This document shows positions 29,810 to 39,001 of a stretch of 64,000 nucleotides of DNA, in pieces. Source of the stretch: an uncultured Acidobacteriota bacterium (GTDB lineage Bacteria; Acidobacteriota; Vicinamibacteria; Vicinamibacterales; UBA8438). How positions within the stretch are numbered: the stretch's first letter is position 1; each line of letters opens with the position of its first letter. Location: the NCBI GenBank assembly GCA_913043225.1, contig CAJWLU010000015.1:10193-74192 (forward strand), written 5' to 3'. Both the position numbers and the translations under genes were made by a program. The notes beneath the pieces are model-generated. The model was not told the origin of the DNA. It saw only the letters and a program-made list of their open reading frames with translations, and did no database searches.

Positions 29810-30835
29810 ATGGCGTCGTTGGAAGTCACAGAGTTGCTCGGAGACGGAATCGGTCCCGAGCTCAGGGGGAGCGTGCACGCGGTCTCCGCGGTGCTGCCAC
29901 TGGACGTACACTTCGTCCCGGTGGACCTGTCGCTCGAGAGTCGCAGCTCCCGCGGGGCGGCGCTATTCGACCAAGCGGTCGCCCAGATGAGCGGTTCCCG
30001 GTTGGCTCTCAAGTACCCGACCGTGACCGAAACGGAGTCGCCGAACGCGGTGCTGCGGCGCCGGCTGGAGTTCAGCGTCATCCACCGTCCGGTGATCTCC
30101 ATTGACGGCATCAAATCCAACTTCAGCGAAGAGGTCTTCCTCCACGTCGTCCGGGTGGCGACCGGCGGCACCTATGAGGACCCGGGGCGGCGCATTGGTC
30201 GCGATGCGGCTGTGTCGCTCCGGATCGTGGAGCGCATCCCGTGCGAGCAGGCAGCGCGTTTTGCGTTCGAACTGGCCCGCAAGAAAGCGCTTTCGGTGAC
30301 TTCCTCGTCTAAGCACACGATCCAGCGGGTGACTGACGGGTTCTTCGAAGAGGTCGCACGGGAGGTCGGGCAGCGGTATCCAGACATCGAGCATCGGGTC
30401 GAGTTGTTCGACGCCCTGCTGGCTAAGATCATCCTCAAGCCGAGCGACTTCGGCATCGTGTTGTGCCTAAATGAGTACGGAGACTTCCTCTCCGACATGG
30501 CGTGCGGTCTCGTGGGGAGCCTGGGCATCGGCGCCAGTGGGTCCTACAGTTTCGAGGATGACGGTCGGACGCGGGTGGCCATGTTCGACCCGGCTGGCGG
30601 CACGGCGCCGGACATCGCCGGGCAGGGGCGGTGCAACCCGTCGGCCGCCCTGCTGGCGTTCGGCATGTTGCTGGATCATGTGGGTCGCTACGACTTGGGG
30701 TACGCGCTCCGTTTGTCCCTCTTGGCCTGCATTGCCGAAGGCGTGAGCACTGCGGATATCGGCGGCAGGCTGGGCACGGCCGACTTCACCGCTGAGGTGG
30801 TGAGCCGCCTGCGGGCGCGGCTGGTGACGGAGTGA
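29810..30835 (+). CDS. Isocitrate/isopropylmalate dehydrogenase family protein (divergent)
   Basis: GDGIGPEL, NEYGDFLSD, GLVGSLG, GTAPDIAGQG.CNP. Confidence 0.88.
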   Translation: MASLEVTELLGDGIGPELRGSVHAVSAVLPLDVHFVPVDLSLESRSSRGAALFDQAVAQMSGSRLALKYPTVTETESPNAVLRRRLEFSVIHRPVISIDGIKSNFSEEVFLHVVRVATGGTYEDPGRRIGRDAAVSLRIVERIPCEQAARFAFELARKKALSVTSSSKHTIQRVTDGFFEEVAREVGQRYPDIEHRVELFDALLAKIILKPSDFGIVLCLNEYGDFLSDMACGLVGSLGIGASGSYSFEDDGRTRVAMFDPAGGTAPDIAGQGRCNPSAALLAFGMLLDHVGRYDLGYALRLSLLACIAEGVSTADIGGRLGTADFTAEVVSRLRARLVTE

Positions 30836-30880
30836 TGCTGGTAGTCAGACGGTGTGCGGAACAGACAAGGAGATGATTTG

Positions 30881-31696
30881 ATGAACGGTGACGGCAACCT
30901 CGCCGTGTTCTGTGATTTCGAGAACATCGCCCTCGGGGTACGTGACGCCAAGCTGACCACCTTCGAGATCGGGCCGGTGGTCGAGCGCCTCCTGCTTAAA
31001 GGCAGCATCGTGGCCAAGAAGGCCTACTGTGACTGGGAGCGGTACAAGCAGTTCAAGAAGACGATGCACGAGGCGGCGTTCGAGTTGATCGAGATTCCAC
31101 ACGCGCGACAGTCAGGTAAGAACTCGGCCGACATCCGGATGGTTGTCGATGCCCTAGACCTTTGCTATACCAAGGAGCACATCGACACGTTTGTCATCGT
31201 CTCGGGAGATTCCGACTTCTCGCCACTTGTTAGCAAACTCCGCGAGAACGCGAAGTCGGTCATCGGCGTGGGCGTTAAGCAGTCGACGTCGGATCTGCTG
31301 GTCAGCAACTGTGACGAGTTTATCTTCTACGACGATCTCGTGGCCGAGCGGCAGCCCGCCCGCCGCCGTCAGCGGAGTCGTGGACGCGGTAAGGCTAAGG
31401 GTGAGCAGAAGGCGCCTATGGCCGAGGAGCCGGCGACAGAAGACCGCGCCCAGGAAGCGATCGACCTGATCGTGCAGACCGCGGAAGGGTTGTATGCCGA
31501 GCGCGGTGACCGGGCCAAGCTGTGGGGGTCGATGATTAAGCAGACGCTGAAGCGCCGTCGCCCCGGCTTTAGCGAGGCGGCCTACGGGTTTGGTTCCTTC
31601 AATGAACTGCTCGAAGAGGCCCAGAGTCGCGGGCTGATCGAACTCGACCTCGACGAACGCTCTGGCGGTTACGTGATCGGCTCGATCTCCAGCTGA
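30881..31696 (+). CDS. NYN (LabA/DUF88 PIN-fold) domain protein with C-terminal OST-HTH/LOTUS domain
   Basis: FCDFEN, GKNSADIRMVVDA, SGDSDFSPL, CDEFIFYD, FSEAAYGFGSF. Confidence 0.92.
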   Translation: MNGDGNLAVFCDFENIALGVRDAKLTTFEIGPVVERLLLKGSIVAKKAYCDWERYKQFKKTMHEAAFELIEIPHARQSGKNSADIRMVVDALDLCYTKEHIDTFVIVSGDSDFSPLVSKLRENAKSVIGVGVKQSTSDLLVSNCDEFIFYDDLVAERQPARRRQRSRGRGKAKGEQKAPMAEEPATEDRAQEAIDLIVQTAEGLYAERGDRAKLWGSMIKQTLKRRRPGFSEAAYGFGSFNELLEEAQSRGLIELDLDERSGGYVIGSISS

Positions 31697-31697
31697 G

Positions 31698-33161
31698 TTA
31701 GCCGGCGACAGCCAGCACTGGCCCCGCCACCAGGTACAGCACGACTGTTCCCGCCGCTGCGAGCAGGGCGTAGGGGAGCTGCGTCTGGATGTGGTCGATG
31801 TGGTCGCACCCGGCCGCCACGGACGAGATGAGCGAGGTGTCGCTGATGGGAGAGCAATGGTCACCGAACACACCGCCTCCCAGAACCGCGCTCACCATGA
31901 GCGGCACGGAAACGGGGTCTCCCGCCGCGGTCATCGTCAATGCGAGCGGGACCGCCAGCGGGATCATGATGGCGAACGTGCCCCAACTCGTGCCGATGGA
32001 AAAGGCGATGAGACCGGTGGTTAGGAAGGCCACCGGCGCCGCCACGCTCGCTGTCAGATGAGGCGCGGCCTGTGCGGCCAGAAACTCGCCGGTGCCGAGA
32101 ATGTCGCACACGTCCCCGATCGCGAACGCCAGGACGAGAAGCGTGGCGATCGGGAGCATGGTCCCTGCGCCCGCGAACGCGAGGTCGAGCAGACGAGGCG
32201 GCTGGCCGCGTTCCGCGATGAGGGCGAGGATCCCGGCCAGGGTCAGCGCCACTAACACGCCCCACAGTACCGCTGTCGAGCCGGAGGCGCCGTTCAGATA
32301 GTCAAGGAGCCGTGGGGCGTCGAGATTTGCCTCACGTACGCTGGCACGCCCCGTGACGGTAAGGCCGGCGAACACGGTCCCGACCATCGCGGCAAGCGGT
32401 AACACTAGGAGGCGCGCCTGGCCTGTGGGGGAGGCCGGGCCGAAGCGGCTCTCGTCGTCCCCGGGTGTTTCTATGGCTCCGGTCTGTCGCCGGGCACGCG
32501 CCGCGGCACCTTTCATGGGGCCCAGGTCACGCCCAGTGACCGCCACTGCAAAGACCAGCAGTACTGTGAGTAATACGTAGAAGTTCAGCGGGACGGCAGC
32601 AAGAAAGAGCCCCATCGGCTGTGTACCCGGGATCGACTGAGCTGTGAGAAGTCCTAGGATGAGGGCCCCCCAGCTGTTGAACGGGATCAGCATGCAGACC
32701 GGCGCCGAGGTGGAGTCGCAGATGTAGGCTAGCTTTTCCCGGGGGATTCCGAGGCGATCGAAGACCGGTCGGCCAACCGACCCGACCACCAGACAGGTGA
32801 CGGTCGATTCCACGAACACGCCCAATCCCAGTCCCGCCGCCAGCAACTCGGCGCCACGTCGCGTTCCTGTCCACGGCCATCGCTGGAGCCAGACGAGGAA
32901 GCCGGCGATGCCGCCGCAGCGCTTGACAATCTCGAGAAAGCTGCCCATCAGTAGGGTGAACAGCACCACGCTGGTTTGCCCCGGGTCGCCGAACACGGCG
33001 ACCAGTTGACTTACAGCGGCGCCGGTGCCACCCGCTAGTTCGCCGGTGGCGATGATCCAGCCGACCCAGACGCCGACCAGTAGTGCGCTGATGGCGTGGC
33101 GGGTGACTACCGCGAGACCGATCGCCAGGGCGGGGGGAAAGATGACGAGCCAGCTGTCCAC
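31698..33161 (-). CDS. NhaC-family Na+/H+ antiporter-like transporter
   Basis: REKLAYICDSTSAPVC, GTSWGTFAIMIP, FGDHCSPISDT, HIQTQLPYA. Confidence 0.9.
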   Translation of the reverse strand: MDSWLVIFPPALAIGLAVVTRHAISALLVGVWVGWIIATGELAGGTGAAVSQLVAVFGDPGQTSVVLFTLLMGSFLEIVKRCGGIAGFLVWLQRWPWTGTRRGAELLAAGLGLGVFVESTVTCLVVGSVGRPVFDRLGIPREKLAYICDSTSAPVCMLIPFNSWGALILGLLTAQSIPGTQPMGLFLAAVPLNFYVLLTVLLVFAVAVTGRDLGPMKGAAARARRQTGAIETPGDDESRFGPASPTGQARLLVLPLAAMVGTVFAGLTVTGRASVREANLDAPRLLDYLNGASGSTAVLWGVLVALTLAGILALIAERGQPPRLLDLAFAGAGTMLPIATLLVLAFAIGDVCDILGTGEFLAAQAAPHLTASVAAPVAFLTTGLIAFSIGTSWGTFAIMIPLAVPLALTMTAAGDPVSVPLMVSAVLGGGVFGDHCSPISDTSLISSVAAGCDHIDHIQTQLPYALLAAAGTVVLYLVAGPVLAVAG

Positions 33162-33237
33162 GACGGGTCGATCCTACTGTCCCCGGCGCAGGCCGAGTTC
33201 TGTAGAATTACCGAGGCTTCTCGGTTCTGCGAATTCT

Positions 33238-33253
33238 TGACTTGGGACACTAG
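33238..33253. repeat. TGACTTGGGACACT(AG) repeat, copy 2
   Basis: Identical 14-mer at 25151-25164; this copy ends in CTAG. Confidence 0.7.
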
Positions 33254-33265
33254 CCGGAGGTGGTT

Positions 33266-34501
33266 ATGAGCCGGATTCCAGTGACGTCACGTCGAGCCGT
33301 GTTCTTGATGGCGTTGGTAGCTTCGGTGGTCCTCGCGCCCGTCCTCGTCTCCCAACAGCGCCAGGAAGAGGAGGCCAGGCCGCCCGGGTTGCCTCGCGAT
33401 CCGGTGCCGGACGAAGTGGTCATCAATACCCACGAGATTGCCGAGGTGCGCGTGGTGACCCTCGCCCGAGGGCTGACCCATCCCTGGGGCATGGCGTTTC
33501 TCCCGGGCGGAGACATGCTGATCACGGAGCGCGCCGGGCGTCTGCGGATGCTTCGTGACGGGGTGCTCGATCCTGAGCCGGTGGCCGGTGTGCCGACCGT
33601 GCTGTCGCGAGGTCTGGCCGGCTTGATGGACGTGACCCTCCATCCAGACTTTGACCAGAACCGTCTCGTGTATCTGTCCTACACCCGACCTGTGACTGAG
33701 CGAGAGGGTACCGTCGCGCTTGTCCGAGGACGTCTCGAGGGTATGTCGCTGCGCGACGTCGAGGACGTCTTTGTCGCCGAGGCGTGGGGTGGGTCGACGG
33801 CCGCTGCCAGAATCGCGTTCGCCCCGGACGGCCTGCTGTACATGACCGTCGGCGGGGCGTTCGGGACCAATCCTGACGAGTCGCGGGCCCAGGACCCGAG
33901 TAGTCATGCGGGCAAGATTCTCCGGTTGCGCGATGACGGGTCGGTGCCGCCTGACAACCCGTTCGTGGGGCGTGACGGCTATCAGCCAGAGATTTTCTCG
34001 TTGGGCCATCGAAATCAACAGGGGCTCGCGTTCCATCCGGCCACCGCAACGCCGTTGGCGACCGAGCATGCGGTGCAGGGCGGCGACGAGCTGAACGTCA
34101 TCCAGCCGGGAGGGAACTACGGCTGGCCCGTGGTCTCCTACGGACGGCAGTACACGGGCGAGCGGGTGACTGGTCGCTTCTGGGCCGACGGGATGGTGGA
34201 GCCGCTAGTGTTCTGGGTGCCCTCGATTGCACCCTCGGGCCTGGCGTTTTACACCGGCGATCGTTTCCCGGAATGGCAGGGCAATCTCTTTGTTGGGTCG
34301 ATGATGACCGGTCGCATCGGCCGCACCGGCCATATCGAGCGGATCGTGTTCAACGAGAACGGTGAAGAGCTAGCCCGTGAGTGGCTCCTCACGGAGTTGC
34401 GTCAGCGTATTCGCGACGTCGGGCAGGGGCCGGATGGGCTGCTCTACGTCCTGACCGAGGAGGACGACGCGACGCTGCTTCGGCTCGAGCCGATGCGCTG
34501 A
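33266..34501 (+). CDS. PQQ-dependent aldose sugar dehydrogenase (YliI/GSDH family)
   Basis: HPWGMAFLP, GKILRL, LGHRNQQG, GGDELN, NYGWP, SIAPSG, RIRDV. Confidence 0.92.
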   Translation: MSRIPVTSRRAVFLMALVASVVLAPVLVSQQRQEEEARPPGLPRDPVPDEVVINTHEIAEVRVVTLARGLTHPWGMAFLPGGDMLITERAGRLRMLRDGVLDPEPVAGVPTVLSRGLAGLMDVTLHPDFDQNRLVYLSYTRPVTEREGTVALVRGRLEGMSLRDVEDVFVAEAWGGSTAAARIAFAPDGLLYMTVGGAFGTNPDESRAQDPSSHAGKILRLRDDGSVPPDNPFVGRDGYQPEIFSLGHRNQQGLAFHPATATPLATEHAVQGGDELNVIQPGGNYGWPVVSYGRQYTGERVTGRFWADGMVEPLVFWVPSIAPSGLAFYTGDRFPEWQGNLFVGSMMTGRIGRTGHIERIVFNENGEELAREWLLTELRQRIRDVGQGPDGLLYVLTEEDDATLLRLEPMR

Positions 34502-34522
34502 AACGTCTCGTCCCGATCCTGC

Positions 34523-35532
34523 GTGCGTACGCTCGCTCTGCATGGAATGCCCGCTCACTGGCGTGGGCCGGAGCTCTTCGACCGGACCGACTGGGGTCGG
34601 CGGTTGGGGGAAACGGAACTCGGTGGCCTCAGGACAGTTGCCAGACAGGCCGATCCGGAGCGGTTGGCCGAGCACGGTCTCGAGGCGCTGCCAGGTCTCG
34701 AGCCCCTGATTATAGGACTGCAAACCGAGTTGGAGGAGGGCGCTGGCGCCATCCTGCTGCGCGGTGTTCCCGTGGCGGCGTGGGGCGAGGCGATCAGCAC
34801 CAGCGCCTTCTGGGCACTTGCCAGCCATCTGGGTACGCCGCTCTCTCAGAGTGTGTCCGGGGAGCGGCTGTTCCATGTCCGAGACCACGGCTATGCGCCC
34901 AACGATCCGCGCTACCGGGGCCCCTCGTCCAGCGCAGGCTGAGTTTTCATACCGATCGTTGCGATGTCATTGCGTTCTGCTGTCTCCGGGCCGCCGATAG
35001 CGGTGGCGAGAACTACGTGGTGAGTTCGGTCGCGCTCTACGAGGCACTGCGCCGTGAGCAGCCTGACGTGCTCACTGTGCTGTGCGAGCCCTTTCCGTAT
35101 CTGCGCCACACGGTGGATCAGGGCAACGCCCTGCCGTTTTGCGGACTCCCGGTGTTCTCGGAGCGGGACGGGTGGTTCGGTGCCCACTTCTTGCGGGTGC
35201 TCATCGACCGCGCCGACCGGGCGCCGGAGGCGCCGAGTCTCACCGCGCGACAGCGGGAAGCCCTCGATGCGCTCGAGACACTGGCCGAGGACCCGGCGTT
35301 GCACGTGCGGTTTCGGCTCGAAGCCGGCGATATCCTGCTGCTCAATAACTGGATCACATTCCACCGCCGCAGCGCATTTATTGACCAGGGCGTACCGAAC
35401 GCTCGACGTCATCTCCTGAGGATCTGGTTGTCGATGGCCAACAGTCGACCGATCGCCGAGTGTTTCGGCGACCATTTCGGCGCGACGGCGGCCGGCGCGC
35501 TTCGGGGTGGGATGAGACCTCGCACGGGCTGA
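34523..35532 (+). pseudogene. TauD/TfdA-family 2OG-Fe(II) dioxygenase interrupted by a frameshift near 34930-34940
   Basis: N-half (LLRGVP...HVRD..RYRG) is in one frame; C-half (LSFHTDRCD...NNWITFHRRSAF...RHLLRIWL) is in another. Confidence 0.8.
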
Positions 35533-35636
35533 TCGTGGGGCACCACCATCATCACCGAGGCGATGCTCCCGCCGGCGCGGGCACCGTGAGCGGCCGACCG
35601 CCACCTGGCACACCCAATGTCGTGATCCCAGAGCGC

Positions 35637-35682
35637 TGTTACAGAAGTATTACAGTCCGTCCGTGGTTGCCGTTGGTAGGCT
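35637..35682 (+). promoter_or_regulatory. Direct repeat (candidate OmpR-family box) plus extended -10 of the desaturase promoter
   Basis: TGTTACAG (35637-44) and TATTACAG (35648-55) with 11-bp period; TG-N-TAGGCT at 35674-82. Confidence 0.5.
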
Positions 35683-35700
35683 GAGGCCGAAGGAGTTACC

Positions 35701-36573
35701 GTGCAGACCGACATCCAAGTCAACGATCGCACCCGGATCAGCTGGGTCACGACGATCGCGCTCATCGTATTTCACGTTCTTGCAGTGGTCGCGCTCTTCA
35801 ACGCCACCTGGGGAGCCGTGATCCTTGCCTTCGCGCTGCACTGGATCTGCATCGGCTGGGGGATCGGGCTTGGCTACCACCGGCTGCACACGCATCGCTC
35901 CTACAAGACGTACAAGCCGATCGAGTATTTCTTTGCCATCTGCGGGACCCTCACCCTCGAAGGTGGGCCGGTGTTTTGGACTGCTTTGCACCGTATTCAC
36001 CATCAGCACTCGGACAAAGAGGGCGACCCCCATACTCCCCGCGACGGTAAGTGGTGGTCGCACATTCTCTGGACGATCTTCGGTGAGGAGATGCACTCGA
36101 ACACCGAGGTTATGGGCAAGTACGCGCCTGATCTCATGAAGGACCGCTTCTACCGGGTGCTGACCAGGTGGCACTGGGTGCCGATGGTCGTGTTGGGACT
36201 GGTGCTGTTGGCGATTGGTGGCTGGACCTGGGCCCTGTGGGGTATCTTCCTGCGGGTCGTGGTCGGCCTGCACTGTACTTGGCTGGTGAATTCCGCTACG
36301 CATCTCTGGGGTAACCGGCGGTTCGATACCAGCGATGATTCCCGGAATCTCGGATGGGTGGCCCTCATTACCTTCGGTGAAGGATGGCACAACAATCACC
36401 ACGCCCATCCCACGTCGGCTCGCCACGGCATGATCTGGCGGGAGATCGACCTCAGTTGGATGCAGATCCGGCTGATGGAGTGGCTGGGGCTGGCCTGGGA
36501 CGTGCAAGTGCCCACCGCCGCCCAGATCGCGAACAAGACCATTACGGTCGACGCCGAACCTGAAGTCGCTTAG
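35701..36573 (+). CDS. Delta-9-type fatty acid desaturase
   Basis: His boxes HRLHTH, HRIHH and HNNHH; WLVNSATH; RBS AAGGAG. Confidence 0.95.
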   Translation: MQTDIQVNDRTRISWVTTIALIVFHVLAVVALFNATWGAVILAFALHWICIGWGIGLGYHRLHTHRSYKTYKPIEYFFAICGTLTLEGGPVFWTALHRIHHQHSDKEGDPHTPRDGKWWSHILWTIFGEEMHSNTEVMGKYAPDLMKDRFYRVLTRWHWVPMVVLGLVLLAIGGWTWALWGIFLRVVVGLHCTWLVNSATHLWGNRRFDTSDDSRNLGWVALITFGEGWHNNHHAHPTSARHGMIWREIDLSWMQIRLMEWLGLAWDVQVPTAAQIANKTITVDAEPEVA

Positions 36574-36613
36574 CTTTCCTCGCTGGACAGCCCGCACCGG
36601 AGACGCGACACTA

Positions 36614-37525
36614 GTGCGCATGGACCGGTCTGGTGGCACGCGGCGGCGTGCGGTCGTCCTGGTGTGGTTGCTGGGCGCCGGGTTGATCGCGGTCGCGGTT
36701 GCCCTGAACATCAGCTTCATCGTCGTCAACTGGCGAGCCGGTTTGCTGTTGCTCGTCGGCGTGGTCAGCTTCGTGGTGCTGATCGGGGGGCTGGCTCTCA
36801 ATACCGCCTTTCTGGTGCGTGAGATCCGCAAGAGTGAACAACACGATGCGTTCATCCATGCGGTGACACACGAGCTAAAGACGCCGCTCGCCTCGATCAA
36901 GCTCTACCTGCAGACCCTCCAGCAACGCGAGCTCGATAGCGCCCGTCGAGGCGAACTAATCGACACCATGCTGGAGGATTCCGAGCGCCTGCAGCAGACC
37001 ATCGACCAGATACTCCTGGCTGGGAAGACCGGCGATGCTCGCAGAGTGGACAACCCTACCGACGTGGACGTAGCGGAGGTCGTGGGTGAGTGTGTACATC
37101 TGGTCGGGAAGCGGCATCATTTGACGAACGGAGAGGTCAGTCTGGTGGACCGGTTGCCGTGCGGCACGCGAGTGCTTGGCGACCGCGACGAACTCGTCGC
37201 CGCGGTCACTAACCTGGTCGACAACGCCATCAAGTATTCGGGCGATCGCGTCAAGGTGGTGGTCGAAGTGGCCAGCGCCGGTGCGCGGCGGGTGGCGATC
37301 AGCGTGCGTGACCAGGGAATTGGGATCACCAGCGTCGAGCTGAAGCGGGTATTTCGCCGCTTCTATCGGCTGCCTGACGCGCTCCAGTCGAGGGTGCGTG
37401 GTACCGGGGTCGGGCTTTCGATCGTGCGAGCTGTGGCCAGACGCCATGGCGGACGGGCCTACGCCGAGAGCCGTGGCGCCGGCCAAGGGAGCACCTTCAC
37501 CCTTGAGTTGCCGTTGAAGACGTGA
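36614..37525 (+). CDS. Sensor histidine kinase (two TM helices, no periplasmic domain)
   Basis: THELKTPL, NLVDNAIKYS, DQGIG, GTGVGLS, GSTF. Confidence 0.95.
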   Translation: MRMDRSGGTRRRAVVLVWLLGAGLIAVAVALNISFIVVNWRAGLLLLVGVVSFVVLIGGLALNTAFLVREIRKSEQHDAFIHAVTHELKTPLASIKLYLQTLQQRELDSARRGELIDTMLEDSERLQQTIDQILLAGKTGDARRVDNPTDVDVAEVVGECVHLVGKRHHLTNGEVSLVDRLPCGTRVLGDRDELVAAVTNLVDNAIKYSGDRVKVVVEVASAGARRVAISVRDQGIGITSVELKRVFRRFYRLPDALQSRVRGTGVGLSIVRAVARRHGGRAYAESRGAGQGSTFTLELPLKT

Positions 37526-38244
37526 TGAGCCGAGTGCTGATAGTTGAGGACGAGGACCACCTCGCGGCTGGGCTCAAGCTGAACCTCGAGGCGGAAGGAT
37601 ACGACGCCGAGGTCGAAGAAGACGGCCAGGTGGCGTTCGACCGGCTCGTGGCCAGCGGGGGCTTGTTCGACGCGGTGCTACTGGATGTGATGTTGCCCGG
37701 GCTCGACGGATTCGAGGTGGTGCGTCGCTTGCGCGCCGCCGGCCAGTTCGTGCCGGTCATGCTGCTGACTGCCCGTTCGGAGCGGGATGACGTCCTCCGC
37801 GGGTTCGAGGCGGGGGCCGACGACTATCTCCCTAAGCCGTTCGACCTGTCGATTCTACTTGCCCGGCTGCAGGGGCTGCTCAGACGACACACTTGGCTGC
37901 GCGGTACCCACCAGGAAGATGACGGACCGGACCAGTTTGCCTTCGCCGGCAAACTGCTCGACTTTCGTGCCCAGGTGCTGCGCTGGGATGGTGCAGAGCA
38001 GCCGCTGACTTTGATGGAGGCCACGCTTTTGCGCTATCTGGTGCGGCGGGAGGGCCAGGCGGTGTCGCGGAAGGCGTTGCTCGAAGAAGTGTGGGGGGTA
38101 CGGGAAGACACTGACACCAGGACCGTTGACAATTTCATCGCTCGGCTGCGTCGTTATCTCGAGGCCGAGCCCTCCCACCCTCGGCATCTGCTCACGGTCC
38201 GTGGCGTGGGGTATCGGTTTCTGGCCGAGCCGGACGAGCAGTAG
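37525..38244 (+). CDS. OmpR/PhoB-family response regulator
   Basis: VEDE, LLDVMLPGLDG, GADDYLPKPF; wHTH with RTVDNFIARLR and TVRGVGYRF. Confidence 0.95.
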   Translation: MSRVLIVEDEDHLAAGLKLNLEAEGYDAEVEEDGQVAFDRLVASGGLFDAVLLDVMLPGLDGFEVVRRLRAAGQFVPVMLLTARSERDDVLRGFEAGADDYLPKPFDLSILLARLQGLLRRHTWLRGTHQEDDGPDQFAFAGKLLDFRAQVLRWDGAEQPLTLMEATLLRYLVRREGQAVSRKALLEEVWGVREDTDTRTVDNFIARLRRYLEAEPSHPRHLLTVRGVGYRFLAEPDEQ

Positions 38245-38247
38245 TAC

Positions 38248-38880
38248 ATGGCGATTGTGAAGAAGCTCCTCGTGGCCGCGCTGGCCCTCGGCATTCTTGG
38301 CTACCTGTTTATCAGCAGCCTCGAAGACACCATCTCCGAGCCGTACTCGCTGGACGGGGCGTCGCTCAGTGGGTGGACACTCGAGGTTGGGGAACCGAGC
38401 ATGCGGGGGCTTTCTGTGCTCGGTTTGCGCCCTCCATCGTTACTTCGGGCCAATCTGTTCGATCAGCTGTTCAACCGGACGATGGAGTCGATGACCGGTC
38501 CTCCCGATGACCTAGTCCCGATCGTGTTGCGGGAGGAGTATCAGCTAGGTCTGGCCGGTCTGTTGAGCCCGAGCGAGCTCCTGCAGCGGGCGCGCACGGC
38601 TGGCCTTGATCGGCTGACCTTATCGCCCGTCTGCATGGCAGTGAAGAGAGAGCCGTATCAGGGCACGACCCGCCAGTTCTATTTCGTCCTCTTCGAGACG
38701 CCAGAGATTCAGGGGTTCCGGGCGGAATTGACCGCCCTGGCTGCCGAGCGGGGCGCCTCGGCCGGACTCCTCGACCCTTTCGAGGTGGTGCTGCCGATCG
38801 CCGGCTCCGATCCCGCCTTTACCACCTGGTGGCCGCTGATGGTGGACCGCCAGAACGATTGCCGAGCTGAGATCGGGTGA
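38248..38880 (+). CDS. Membrane-anchored hypothetical protein
   Basis: N-terminal hydrophobic anchor; starts 3 nt after the regulator; coding-like composition. Confidence 0.65.
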   Translation: MAIVKKLLVAALALGILGYLFISSLEDTISEPYSLDGASLSGWTLEVGEPSMRGLSVLGLRPPSLLRANLFDQLFNRTMESMTGPPDDLVPIVLREEYQLGLAGLLSPSELLQRARTAGLDRLTLSPVCMAVKREPYQGTTRQFYFVLFETPEIQGFRAELTALAAERGASAGLLDPFEVVLPIAGSDPAFTTWWPLMVDRQNDCRAEIG

Positions 38881-39001
38881 TGGCTTCGCCGATCCACGGT
38901 CAGAAGTTATGGACCGCCGACTAACGGGCATAGGTCTTTGAGTCCTCTGCGGCCAATGCCTGGGCGGAGATGCTATTCCTGAAGCCCAAAGCCTGAAGCC
39001 G

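Noticed and set aside
34940..34942. TGA in the TauD gene as a second selenocysteine
   Set aside because: Read-through gives non-homologous sequence; the HxD motif lies in another frame, so this is a frameshift
35535..35684. Short ORF with five consecutive His codons as an attenuator leader
   Set aside because: No SD, no terminator/antiterminator, the downstream gene is unrelated to histidine, and it overlaps the predicted promoter
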